From: Phoronis australis
Lineage: Eukaryota; Animalia; Phoronida
Direction: 5' to 3'
NCBI GenBank assembly: GCA_002633005.1
Contig: NMRA01000001.1
Location: forward strand, 3,393,695-3,457,694
Length of the DNA: 64,000 bases
The translations under genes and the position numbers were made by a program. Shown here piece after piece: positions 13,267 to 26,214 of the stretch. Below the pieces are notes generated by a model. It did no database searches and was not told where the DNA came from. It worked only from the letters and a program-made list of their open reading frames with translations. How positions within the stretch are numbered: position 1 is the first letter of the stretch; each line of letters opens with the position of its first letter.

Positions 13267-13647
13267 ACCCTTGGGCCCGGGGTCTAATCTTTGTACTCGA
13301 AATCGAAGTTGTTTTTGACATTTTACTTTCTCAGTTCTTTTATTCGAAATCAAGATGAGCGCTTATTACTGTCGGCTTTTATGTGGCTTTTGCTGACTGC
13401 TAGTCCAAGCTCGCATTTGATGACCCCTAGCTACGAGCTACATGTATAATATCGAGTAAAAGCTAGAGCTTGTAGTGTTAACGCTGAGGTCATCCAGAGC
13501 AAGTTAGGATCAGTCAGTTATTAATGTAAACGCTAGTGCATCCGAGCACAGAATAATAGACACCTCGAATTCCACATAAGGGAAAATGTCTAAAATAATT
13601 TCGAGTTCCGTTTAGATCGAGTTCAAAGATTACCGTGACCCGAGGGT
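13267..13647. mobile_element. MITE, TIR ggtctaatctttgtactcgaaatcg; same family as 56320..56698
   Basis: Inverted ends, plus internal blocks (tccaagct..gatgacccc, ctagagct, gcacagaataatagacac) shared with 56320..56698. Confidence 0.6.
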
Positions 13648-16588
13648 AAAGTTCAGAATCAATAGGACCTCGCTAAAAAGCAACACTTCGCGAGATTACG
13701 TGAGATATTGCGACGTATTTTAAATGAGGATGCCACGTGATTTTGGCTAGAAGTTGATTTTAGCTAGGTCCTAGCATTAGTGAACTCCTCCCAGGTCCTG
13801 CATGTCTTAGCTGAACAATGGCGGCGTGAATCGAGTGCATCTAGCTAATGTTAATTATGTGTATACATCTAACCGTTTTATTACGCCTACTAATTTCTGG
13901 CATCACGGCCTATTGTCATGTACAGTATGTGCAGACTGTCAAGTGGCGCAAGAAATGACACGAGTAGGGCGAATAGCTGCTCCTGCTCGTTGTATTCTGC
14001 GTGGAGTATACGTCGCCTTGAACTGGTGTCAAGAACATTCGTCACCGTGAAAATATAGTCGTCAACGTCAGCCATTTTGCAGACACCGTCTTGCTGAGAC
14101 TGGCGTCAACCCGCGATTCGGCCATTGAAGACAGTCATAACTAAACAGAAATGGGAGCGAAAGCACCTTACTCGGACCGTTCGAGAACATGGGACATTGC
14201 TTATTGCGTCATACTTCCCTTTTGAGGAATTGTTATTTCAATTAATTTCATTTTCATACAAACCGTTCAAAATTCCTTTGAAATTAAGCAAAATATGCCA
14301 AACTGGCAAAAAGACCTCCAAAAAGGGAGCATTGCTAGACATATGTGAAATGTAAAAACGGCCAATTTTTGTGAATAAGGTTTGAGATATTGTTAAGTCC
14401 TTTCGCCAATACAACCGTCAGCTTTTGTATTCACGTGACTCGGCGGCCGCTCGGCTGGCTTATAGGACGATGAGGTAAAGATTTTTTTTATAAATTTCAT
14501 TGTTGTTTTGTGGCTAGATCAAATTAAGCTGTGGTGTATTATGTACATTTTACATTCAGTGTTGTTAAGTGTCTGGCAAAATATGGAAACTGTGGACAAG
14601 AAACGGTGGCATTTTGCAAAGAGATAAATGCAGTTATATTTTATATCTTCAGACAACAGGGTTAGTGAAGCTTCTTTGTGTGTGGTATTCATCGTAATTT
14701 AAAGAATCCTGACCATAACTTATGGCTTGGCTTTCTGTTGTGGCCCAGTTTTGACATGATCGACTTGAAGAACGACATGCTATGGTCAGTACAATATTTA
14801 GCCCAGGTTAAGCTCGGTATCAAGTTCTGTGCAGCGTAACCCCCGAAGCACCACCCGCGTAGAGTTAGGTCTGCGGGGGCATCCATTAGTTTGATCTCAA
14901 GGAAGCATGCCGGATCAGCCTGCCACATTGGACGTTATCGCCTGTCATAGCGCCACCTATATACGGATCTTTCGTAGCACTGGGAAAGAACAAGCTGAGG
15001 AGGCGCAGAACAGTTCTCACAGGGGTTTGCCTATCAGAACACACGTCAATGGACTCTTCACCCTTTCTTCACTCTGTCAAAAATTGCATGCAAAAATGAC
15101 TCATTTTACATCACAAGCCCTACAGATGATCAGAGAAACTTTATTTTCTCTTGTATTTTCGACCCTTTCACTCCCACTGGAAACCAAGCTAGACTAAGAA
15201 AAATAGGGGGGAAATGCAAAAATGGGCACTTTTCACCCCAAAACCACCACTTCCCTGCCGATGCTCGACCAAAGCCAGCATTAGATTCCGAAAGCAAATT
15301 TCCTACCAATTCCAAAAATGTGGTCCAAAAGTACTGTCAACTGACTAATTTTTTTACAAATCTGGCTTGTTTGAAGGCTACCTGAAATCGCGGCCAATTT
15401 CTCAGTTGCTACACAGCAATTGACAATGGCAACAGGGGGCCACCATCTTTAAGAAGAGTGCAGCCGAGCAAGTGGTCTTCTTTCATTCTCAACATGTTCA
15501 CAAATACAAACAAACCACATTCACTTGGCCTATATGCAACACTTAACTAAAAAAATGCCCCAAGCTTGGCCTACCTCTAGATTTTAATATTTTGGAAGTG
15601 CAAATTGGCCGCGACCGCAGCCTAACTGTTCAGTGCCACCTAGGCATTTGATTGGCCTGGTTCTGGTAATGAAACCGACGTCATGATTCACTGAGTCATT
15701 CCCATTGGTTGAAATCTGGGAAACCCTTTTCACTGAGTTTACTATTACGTAGTATGGCGACCACCTTTGACTTGAATAGTTGCAATTTATTAAAACGGGC
15801 AGTGACTGAAGTAAACAAAATCAAGAAGACCCCGATCCATCTCTCAAACAAGTACAGTGCATAAAGGCATGTGTGGAAGTGGTGGCGACGTGATAGGTAT
15901 ACTTCCGACCAAGGCATGCGCATTGATACCCCCCCCCCCCCACACACACACGAAATTCCTTGTAGGCATTCATAACATCTCGCAGGTCCCCCACGTGCCT
16001 ACCACCAGCACGCAGGTATTACGTAGTAGCACGGGCTTTAACATTGGTTGATGAAACCTCAGCAGTCATTGGTTAGCTTTACAACAACGTGAAAAAATGG
16101 CGGACTATGAACGATTTTTAGCTTTGTCATGCAAGTAGCGTAGCAGTAACTATTTCGTTCCTGCATTAACGTTTAACAGCCGCGTGCTTGAAGCACTCAT
16201 GTACAATAAACCGTAATATGGCCGATTTAACCGGTGTGTTATTCGCACTGTATGAATACAGGACGTCGTAAACAAAAGTCAGTAGAACGATGCACTCCGA
16301 AAAGGCGCAACCACAATTTCTGAGAATCACATTTCCTGAACATAAGCACCGATTTGTCTGTACAACAGACCACATTTACACTTCCTCCATCAGTCATGCC
16401 AATTTGTTTGCCTAAAGCGCTGCCTGTTGAGAATTCGACCAGCCAATCAGAAACGCGGGTGTAAAAAAAATTCCCGAGGAAAATTAAGTGATACCTGTGT
16501 GCTGGCTACCACCTAGCGGCACGGCGGGAACCAGCGAGTCATAATGTTTCCACAGGGCTACTTTCCAGTATAGATAGCGCTGTGTCAG

Positions 16589-16820
16589 AGGGTAGGTTTC
16601 AAGTCAATCAGTAGTGCGTTCAGTAGATCCAGTTTATTGCGAAAAAGACAAGATCTCGCAAAATAACGTGAGGGAGAAGCGAGTGTTTCGCCAATTTGCT
16701 AGGAAGCTTACTATCCTGTCTCGGCATCCACACACCCGACGGCAAATCACCAATTTGTCTGTGTTGAATGGGTTAGAGGCAGTATTTGCCATAACTGGAT
16801 ACTAATGGAGCCTGACCCCT
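16589..16820. mobile_element. Degenerate MITE
   Basis: cagtagatccagtttattgcgaaa is an imperfect inverse of tttgccataactggatactaatg. Confidence 0.35.
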
Positions 16821-17818
16821 ACAATCAAAGAAAAACAAACGAACTCATTAGGCATGCAACTTTTAGGGCCTGTGCGATCATTTCTTTCTGGAAAATAGTA
16901 GACTGGCCCCCAACACGGCATCATAGATCCGCCAATAAAACATTCCTGCTTTGTCGGTATCACTGTGTTTACGCTTTCTCTCATAATTTGAGGCCAAGAA
17001 AATAACCGAGGTGTTACTTCAACTTGAATTATCCATCGAAGGTGTTTCATATCTGTTCATGCACGAATTTCAATCAATGCAGCAAGCCATGTGGCTCTCA
17101 AGAGAATGCAGGGATACCTCCAGGAGGCAGATTACGGACTGATAATTACCGTCGAGTACGACTTTTGAGACCTGGTAGGCTGCAGCCATAATTTATAAAA
17201 ACCGTCTCTTGATCCAATTCCTTTGCTTTACAGTAGCATAGAACGTAGCTTTCTCTCATAAAGATTTTGAATTTCTGTTGATGTCAAGGCATTTTTCAAT
17301 TAGTTTCAAATTTCAAAAAAGACGATCTGTTAGTATCTCGTCACTTCGTCAATTTTTCTTCCACACGGACAATCACGTCTCCTTATTTGGTACGGCAAGA
17401 AATAGACGTAGCACATTTCCTTTATATGGAAAACGTGACATTTGAACTTTGGTGTTGACAAAATAAAGGCGATTTCAAGCAGCAGCCAGTCCGACTTCTT
17501 CATATATTATCAGGGGTGGAGCCACTGGAAAACTGTATTGGGATCAAAGTTGTTATTTCGTCTGTGCTTCAAGAATAGTGAATCTGACGATTGTTCCAGC
17601 ACTTCTTGCAATATTCAAAGTAAATAACTTTCATGTTAGCATGCACCAAGAAGCAGAATCATCACGATCTGTTTAAAAGGATTTCAGGAGTTTTTGTATT
17701 CCATGCCTCTTTAATGATTGGTGTTTACATATCCGCTGATATGAAACACATCCGAGGGATAATTTGAAGCCTCCGGTAAACCTCGGATATTTTCGTAGTC
17801 TCAGATGATCGTTCAGAG

Positions 17819-17927
17819 GTGTATCATGCCGGCGGTGCAGCACTGAAAACAGTGGGGGGAGGCTAAAGCTCCTTCAGGCCCCCTGTGGTGCACCGCCTNC
17901 CCTATGGTGCGCCGCCCATGTGTATCA
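17819..17927. mobile_element. Gap-collapsed hAT-like MITE with 8-bp TSD gtgtatca
   Basis: gtgtatca at 17819..17826 and 17920..17927 flanks ggcggtgca...tgcgccgcc inverted ends; N at 17899 lies inside. Confidence 0.45.
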
Positions 17928-20900
17928 CTGCAAGCATCAATAATTACAGCAAGACTGTCAAAATGAATAGCGTCGACGCGACCAATACGCCAGGATGATG
18001 AATTCCCGTGACAACAAGCTTAAACATGAGTTAACACTGCATCAAGAGACAGACTGAAGAAAGAAAACCTGCTAATCTGAAGACATGATTATAGCCGTCT
18101 CTTCACCAAATCCCTTTACTGTGCCCATTTTTGTTCGCACATGCGCAGATCTGAAGCACCTCAGCCGGAGGAATAGTTTGAGGTATTCGGAAGAACACGA
18201 GCATTTTCGTATCCTCAAACTATCCCTTGGAGATTTGCGGAGCAAGTCGCGTGACTATCAATTGACGCAGTTTTAAGTTATCATTGAGTTTTAAAAGTCA
18301 TGCTTTGTGTTTTGGTATTTGCATACTATATTCTCCAAAATATGTTACAGTCGCCTAAACAAAGCATCTCTGGCAAAATGTGAAATTTAGACGAATAATT
18401 GATGAATAAAGTCTTTTGAAAACGAATTAATTTCGTTGCACGATGCCAATTTTACATTTTAATGGCTTTTATTATATTCCCCGGTTCACTGATTTTTTAC
18501 ATCGGCTTAAGAAAACCTTTTTTCTGGATTTTGATAACCTCAATTTTCATCGTTTTGACTTCAACCGTTATTTTTTAAGGTTTTATTTTGATACCTGTCG
18601 TATTTTCTATGTAAAAAGGAAAAATAGGGGTCAACTCAAAAATCGTCACAAAAATGTGCGAAGGGACCTTCTCAAAAGCGCCCAATTTTAATATCACGAT
18701 TACCTCTCTGCATTTCATTGGATGGCGACTGTGTTATATTGCTGGAATTGGGAAAAAGGTTGATACGAGCAATCCGAGATAAGGACTTGAGATTCTTCTT
18801 TCACAACTTAAAATTGCCGTTTCCATTGAGTCACACCTGATGTGTACACTTAAGTTTGCCTATTGTTTAGTATGACGTCATTGTAAAATTTGATTTCACG
18901 ACTACTATTGAACATCAAAATAACAAAATTTCAACTTTTTTTCAAATTAAATAATGTATATTTATTTACAGTCTATTCAAATGTTTCGCAAGATCGTCTC
19001 AAAGTCGTAAAATAATGACTCCTTTACGGCTTTTTGTCAACCTGTGTCGAGACGCCCACGGGCGCGCGATATTTTTTCACAGTGACATCATACTAATACG
19101 AAAACCCTAGTGGCTGAATTTGACGACTTTTAAAAGTCACGTCTGTGTTCATAGCGCACAGAGTGCTACAAGATCGAAACTTACAACAAAATAGTGAGGT
19201 CCGGTCGCAGTTTTAACATACTACTTAAATTGCCACCTCAAACATATACCACAACTGCGACTCATACCAATAATTGCCGAATGGTAATCTCAGGGTCACG
19301 CACACAGCTATCTATAGTACGTTGCCCTCCCCCCCACCGGTATCAGCTTAAACGAACTTAAAACGCGGGCGCAATGTTGGCTATAGCGATGGCGACCGGA
19401 AGTCTGACAAGGTTTGAATTCGCATGAGCTTACTGCAAGAATGCTTATATTCCTAAAGGTCTCGTAGACGGTATCACCTATTGGAGACATTGAGTTTGTT
19501 GTTTGTTTAGACATTGTCAAAAATTAGATCGCCTTGGTCTGTATTGTCAATGAATTGTATTTTTGAATTATTACAATCAGGAAGACTTCTTCAGCTTCTG
19601 ATAATGAAAAAATAATTGCAGGCGGTCTAATACACGTTGTACCAGAAGTGCGTGGCGGCTCATTGCATTGATCACCTGCAACCATTTTTATGCTTTATTA
19701 ATATATAGCTAAAACCAAGCTGAGAAGCCAGAGACCTGACTCAAGGGCTTAGCAGTGTGACCTTGTGGGACACATTGCTAAACCCTTGAGTTTAGCAGTG
19801 TGTCAGCAAAAGCCAAGTATTATTTCAGATCCACAACAAAGGCTAAGCTCTGACGCTTTTCGGTGTGTCGCATTGGTACCAAAGTAGCCTCTATTTAAGA
19901 AGAAAATCACACTTAAACTCACCGGGAACTTCACTGCCGTCTGCCATTTTTGTGTAAGGTCTCGTTCTCGATCGCCTTCCGGGCGTTCTCTTGGCCGGGG
20001 TGGAACACGGTAACCTGCCGCCAAACTCGTTCAAGGACTAACAGGACACGGCTTACGCCGACCTCAGTTGTCCAATCATAGACACGGTTTACCTACACCT
20101 AGGATCACCTAGGTGCACGAGCCAGGGACCTCTTTTGGGCTAAAAATCCGTCTACTGATGTCTCAATTTGTTTCATGAATATTAGGCCAATGCGAAAAGT
20201 CAAGTATTCTGCCGTCGACTCGATGTCAAAAGACAGGAAGCTGTAGCTTAGAAACACCGAACACAAAAATCTGATTCGGCTATTCGTAATTGGAATTTTT
20301 GACTCTCGGCTTTTGTCAACAGGGGAAATCAAAAGGCCTCTACGATAAACAAGCCCTAGAGTCCAGGCAAGTGCTTGAAGGTCGGAGATCTTCGTGACTC
20401 GCTGAGCTCTAAGTTTTGCTTAGGAAGTCATGCGCCGTTTGCTTTCGTATTGCAGTATTACGAGTGGGCTGGCATGACGTAGTGAGTCAGTGAACTGATT
20501 TCACTGGGCTCGTGAGTGTATTTTGAACGTGAAGAACAACATTTAAGTTCACGTGTGTATCAGATGTGTATCCAGTCATTACTGCGACTGTTTTCTTATG
20601 TTTTAAAGGCGAATGTCAGAGAAATAAACTACACACATCGAATTCGCCAAAGTCTTTACTTTCGTGAACGTTCCTCTGAATGTTGTTACAATGAATACAA
20701 AATTGTTTTTGCTCTGAATACAGCTTTTCAAACTTGTATTGCGTGGCCAGGATCCCATCTATGAATGTAATCACAACTGAATGAAAATCCACTTCAGACT
20801 AAAGCTTCATCTCACTAAATGCTATTCCAATAGGATCTTCGCAATCAATTTGCTAGCCTTGAAGGCATCGGTGATGGCGACAAGAAAACACTCATTGAAG

Positions 20901-21225
20901 CACTGGACAAAGCGACGAGTGACGCGAAACAGCTGTCCAGCCACACGCAAGTTGTTGAAATCGAATTCACACCTTCTGTCGGCGTTGTATAATACACTGG
21001 ATACATTATCTTTCAAGAAAAGTACAGCAACGATTATTCGGCGAAATGTCATTGATTAGATTCGAAGATATAATGTCTGCAAATCAGAATATTCTCATAC
21101 AATGGATGCTTTTTTGCTGAAAGGTTTATTTCATTTGTAATGGTCCTTGCGCAAGACTCTCTGTGAGAATGTGTCCTTCACTACTCCATGTTGAAAAGAC
21201 GGTTGCCTTAGTTGGAGACGGAGCA

Positions 21226-22200
21226 GATGGACTCCCCTCCTGTCACCAGTATTACGCTAAGGTCTCGCCATAAAGTATCCGACTTGCCCGTAATTGCCTG
21301 TAGCGACACGTCGTCATCTGTCGATTTGGTATTGGTTTAGGTGGAGAAGAAGCAAAACATACAAGAAACCTGGACCGTTACTACAGCAAATGCGTAGCAA
21401 AATGAGCGACTTTGCGTCGGTATCCATCGACTTCGAAAGAGAACCGTTGATGAGAGATACTGGCCTGCCCGCCACGAAGATGTTTGCGAACTAGAACTTA
21501 CAGTCGCATGCCACTTTGGAAGAATCTGTTGCTGGCATAGTTGTAGAGCAAGAGAGTTATGAGAAAGAAGAGGGTGCCTTTGAGGTTTCAAGTGACACTG
21601 CCAGTAAAAAGTCTTAGAGTAACTTCCACCAATGCTACGATCGATGCAGCCGCAGCTTCCGCTTTCACGCCGTCTGGTACAGACGACGGGATCGCTGTTG
21701 TAGGCATAAACAGAGTTGCTAACGCCGACAAGGATGACGTCACACTGGATGACGGAGATTGTACGTATGCGGAGGAAACAGAAAGTCTGAAGAATGAATA
21801 TGCTATCGATGGTTTAACACTTCTGGGTCATATTGCATCAGACAGCAGCATCTACGGCCAGGTGAAGTATGACAAGGTCGCGAAAAAAGCAACACACGAG
21901 TGTGAATACGACGATTTTGATGAATTAGCCACAGACGAAGGAGAAGCAGGAAGTGGATACGAAGAACACTTTGACACAACCTCGGTTATGGATGGATCAG
22001 GCTGTGACTGGGACACAGCCTCTGCCTTGGAAGAACCCCGGCCCGATAACCAGACGCTCTCAGTCATGGAAGCCTCTGGAGGTGGCCGTGAGAAACCCTT
22101 AACTTATGATCAGACAACCTCGGTTTCAGGAACGACAGAGAATGACGTATACAAATCTCGCACCATGATTGGCGAACTGATGGCAGACGATGTCGATTAG
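21226..22200 (+). pseudogene. Degraded coding-like region for an acidic, low-complexity protein (includes ORF 21559..22200)
   Basis: 213-aa D/E/T/S-rich ORF. Upstream frames carry similar acidic peptides (TLEESVAGIVVEQESYEKEEGAFEVSSD) interrupted by TAG stops and frameshifts. No domain recognised. Confidence 0.35.
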
Positions 22201-23523
22201 TGAACAGACGTTGGGTTTCAGAAATTCAAAAACTTTCGGTTATGAAAGCCTTGGGATGGATCGGAGCTCCATAACCACAGAAACTCGGTTTGAAAAAGCT
22301 AGAGAATGACTTGCAAAGAGTTTTAACCACGATGTGGACCTGATAGTGGATGTCGATAAGTGAAATGTTGGATTTTAAATATCGTCTTGTATTGAAATTT
22401 AAGGTTATGTAGGACCTTATAAACAAATATTCGAGATGAGATATCAAAAGCGCTGCTCCAGTTTTCTGAAATTTCATTTCATTTCGTTTTGTGCAACTTA
22501 TGAGTTTTTTTTCAAAACCATAAAAGTAATCTTTTTAATAGCCCCTCATGCAAAAGTGGGTCAATTTAAGAACAATACCTAACATCGTTTTGAGAGTAGG
22601 TCATGAACGATAGTATCTAAAAGTTTCACACGCATCTGATTAACCAAATTTGAAATTTCCTACGAGTCCTACATAACCTTTAAAGGATGCCAAACCAGGT
22701 TTTGATGATTTCGACCAATCCTCATTCTGTCACCTGGTATTGCATCACTGGCGTCAATCTTGCAATTTAAAGACACGAATCAACTAAAATCTCATCCTCC
22801 CTATGTCACAAAGTGGATATTGTGGTCCTTAGTGGTGAAATTCGCTAAAAGCGTAGGTCACGCTTGCCCGTTTAGCAGTCTTCGAAAATTTTCCTCCAGA
22901 CTTTTGAGGGTTGCTGAGGGTTACAGAGCATTATTTTGTTTCAGAAAACTGTATGGCAAAGTCGTTTTAGTATCTGTTACTAGACCGAAGCCGGGATTGG
23001 TGACCTTTTAATTCAATAGAACTGTGTAAAGAAATATGAATTTTCAAATTTGGAAATGCTTTTCTTTCGGTCATAGAAGAATAGTTATACAAGTAACACG
23101 TACAATGGAAGAAACGTGCCGATGATTTACAAATTATTGAGGTCTACAGAATGCAGAGGTGTGTTGCAGCGTGTTTAGATTCTGTGGTGGCCCAAATTAT
23201 CACACTATCCCAAATTGTCGCAAATTCAAAACTGACAATTTGGGTCATTGCTACAGGCCCAAATTGTCAGAACAATTTTCGGTTCTGTACTATAGTACAG
23301 ACCCAAATTGTAACAATAACGTAAGTTGTGCCAGAGGAATGCACTTTCTATGAAGATTGAATGTTCCGCAAAAAAGGCGCGTTTTATTAATTACAGAACG
23401 AAAACAATTTTTGTTGTTAAACTGATATCTTTGTGATTTTGCAGCTGCACTGGTTCACAGGCGTATATGGCCCACTCGCCATATTTAAGCGTGTGCATGC
23501 AAAGACCGTTAAATCCGGGTTGT

Positions 23524-23680
23524 CAGGGGCGGATCCAGGATTATGAGTTAAGAGGGGCCAGGGTACAGTATTAGCCAGGATTTTGACCGCCAGACACTCG
23601 CACCCCGAACTGCCAAATGGAATCTGGGAGAATTTTGGGGGGAGGGGCATAGCCCCTTCCCCCTCCTAAATCTGACACTG
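23524..23680 (+). mobile_element. MITE (caggggcggatcc type); inverted copy at 31770..31930
   Basis: Aligns over its full length with the reverse complement of 31770..31930. Confidence 0.75.
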
Positions 23681-23727
23681 GCTGTGGAGCATTTTTGTAC
23701 ATGCCGGGGTGTGGAGACCCATTCATT

Positions 23728-24037
23728 CTTAACACGGGCGGCACCCATACCACACAAGTCAAAAACCCTATCACGCACACACTATTTTACTACGGAACCA
23801 AAACTCCAACTACAGACTGGCACCCTTACCACGGACCGTTTCCAATGCATGTGACCGAAGTGCGAAACTGAGTTTCTACAAGCTAACGTGCTTTGGCTAT
23901 CAGTTAACACTACCTTATTCGTCCCTGGTGCGAGTGCCAGTTTGTCTGAGGTTCGAGTTCTGATTTCAAAGTAAGAGTTTTTCGCGCGTGGTAAGAGGTT
24001 TTTGGTTTGTGTTAAATGGGTGTGTGCCCGTGGTAAG
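23728..24037. mobile_element. Degenerate foldback MITE nested in the 23182..25043 element
   Basis: 23728..23823 is an imperfect inverse of 23934..24037. Confidence 0.45.
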
Positions 24038-25554
24038 TTGTGTTTCCGTCACCGAACTCAGTATTGCATTTCTATACACTGTCGTAGACATCCTAGGTTT
24101 TCAAGTATAATCCTGACTAGCTTACATGCGAAAACAAACGTCTGGACCAATATTACTAGCACCGCGCTATAGACTCAGACTAATTCTCACTGACATTTTC
24201 AGACAACCAACTGTTGCAAATGCGGGCTAATTGCGGTATACAAGGGAAACGAGACCGAAAGAGAAAGAAAAATCATTTATATAGCAATAATATACATATA
24301 TGCACACACATGAATAGAAAAAGATTTTTTCTATCTATACTCCCACCTAAACTTTTTACCTCACACGGATGTATTTCTTCACCCGCCTTGCCCCGGCACA
24401 TCATTCACAGCTAGGCGAGAAGTAAGGCGGACCCGTGCCATAGATGTCTGTAACAAAGGAATAGCGTCCCTGAGAATTTTGTACTCAGACGGAGAACTCC
24501 AGGTACCCTGTTCCTTGAGATCACATGCAGTGGAAGTGCGCAGCGTATTAGACTTTTGTACTCTAATGTTCCGCATACAGGTTCATGCGCCTTACCTCAG
24601 CAATTATGCGCATCTCCAAAATTAGGGGCATGCGCTCAGTTGCGGGGTTTTATGGCAAAGAAGACACTTTTACAAATGCTGTCTTGATCGTTTACATTAT
24701 CTGGGGTGCAAAATGAAATGTCGGTTCATAATGTTAGCTTCATATTCATGCACTTCTCTAATTGCCGACTGTTCTTAAACTTGCGAATTTTTGTATTATG
24801 AGGCGTCTTTTTGGTGAAACTGTCCATCACCTTAGCTAAAATATTCCACTGACATAACTTACGTTGCTGTGACAGTTTGAGCGTTGTGACAATTTGGGCC
24901 TGTAGGCCTACTACAGTACAGGTCGAAATTGACAAAAGCAAAATAATGGTGCGACAATTTGGCAAATTTAGCGCTGACTCAAAGTGTCACAATTTTTGAA
25001 GTTGTGACAATTTGGGACAGTGTGACAATTTGGGCCTGCACAGGGCGGCCTCTTTGCAACATCCGAGCATCAGTGTCAGTGTACCTTCACAGCGAATCAA
25101 GTTTTCACCATGGCGAAAACTGGTAACGCGTTAAGTCTGACTAAGTTGAATTTGAGTTTGTCCACAATAACTAATTCTGTGGTGTCAGTGTACTGAAGTT
25201 GTGATAGGAGTGAGCTCTGAAACTAGTTCGCCGAATGCATCAACAACTAGAGTAACAGACAATGCGTACATGTGCCATTTCCTAATCCACATTTTCAAGC
25301 CATTGTTAGAGCTGGACAACACCAAGAAACTCCGAAACGTCTTCTTGAGTCGTTGTTGGTCTCGATGATCTTATTGGTAACGGAAATAGAATCCTATCAC
25401 GGTATGGTCGGGTAACGGTAAAGATGAGAACGACTGTATGAGAGTAAATGGCCTGTGATTTTCTTTTTGTAGGCAGTTAAATAGAGCAAAATGCAGCATT
25501 AAGTGCTATTTGGACCCGTTTTTCTAATTTCGGCTGTATAAGTTAATGACCGTA

Positions 25555-25742
25555 GACCAGTTCCAAGATAAAACTTAAATTTGTCTCAAGCCCATTTCAA
25601 GGAGACCTTGAGTTTGACTTAAGTTTTGTCCTATTTTTATCTAACTTACCGGATGTGAAAGTTTCAAAGATTAGAAATTGAGAGAAATCTTAGAGTTAAT
25701 AAGTCAAAAATGAGCTTAAGTCAGTTTCTTGGAACGGGGCCC
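25555..25742 (-). mobile_element. PIF/Harbinger (Tourist)-like MITE upstream of nanos; inverted copy at 30403..30637
   Basis: TIR gggcc(c/t)gttccaagaaac; the internal sequence aligns with 30403..30637 in opposite orientation. Confidence 0.7.
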
Positions 25743-26019
25743 TCGCTTAAATGTGCCTGTAAGAATGACAGAAACAATACTTTTTATAGGCAAAAATACC
25801 ATTTATATAAATCCTTAATTCGAACACTTCATCGTTTTCAGCAAATTAACTGCCAAATTACTCGAAAATATGCACGGGAACGTTTCAAATTCGAAAAATA
25901 TACTAATAGATGAGATGAAAAGTGTCAAAATAACATGGCCAGGATAAAGTACTCACGACACCCACCAAGGCATCTGACTCAGTTTGACGAATGTAAGCGA
26001 GCGCGTTAATGCTAACCTC

Positions 26020-26027
26020 ATTTGCAT
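26020..26027 (-). promoter_or_regulatory. Octamer motif (ATGCAAAT on the minus strand; POU-domain site) in the nanos proximal promoter
   Basis: Exact ATTTGCAT about 190 bp upstream of the nanos ATG; Inr-like TCAGT at 26161..26165. Function is inferred only. Confidence 0.35.
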
Positions 26028-26214
26028 ACAAACCAAGCCAAAAAGCTGAATCTATTGGACATGTGTTTTGATTGACAATCCAATTAACTTTAGTTGGGTC
26101 GTCAACAAGCTTAACCCCTCCCCGTATTCACAGGTGGTCCTCTGCTGATCCACTTCGCTTTCAGTAAGTTTCGTGAGAGTGGCTGTGCGTGCAGCAGTTT
26201 GGTTACATTTCAAA

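Larger units (their letters stand above)
23182..25043. mobile_element. ~1.86-kb non-autonomous DNA transposon with long TIRs built of cccaaattgtca repeats; hosts nested MITEs
   Basis: Left end ctgtggtggcccaaattatcacactatcccaaattgtcgcaa; right end ttgtgacaatttgggacagtgtgacaatttgggcctgcacag; repeated subterminal cccaaattg / caatttggg motifs at both ends. Confidence 0.65.

Noticed and set aside
14650-14900. Possible decayed Kolobok-type transposon ORF (RHA..YGQY..GKLG-like fragments)
   Set aside because: Needs several frameshifts and stops; too weak without a profile search.
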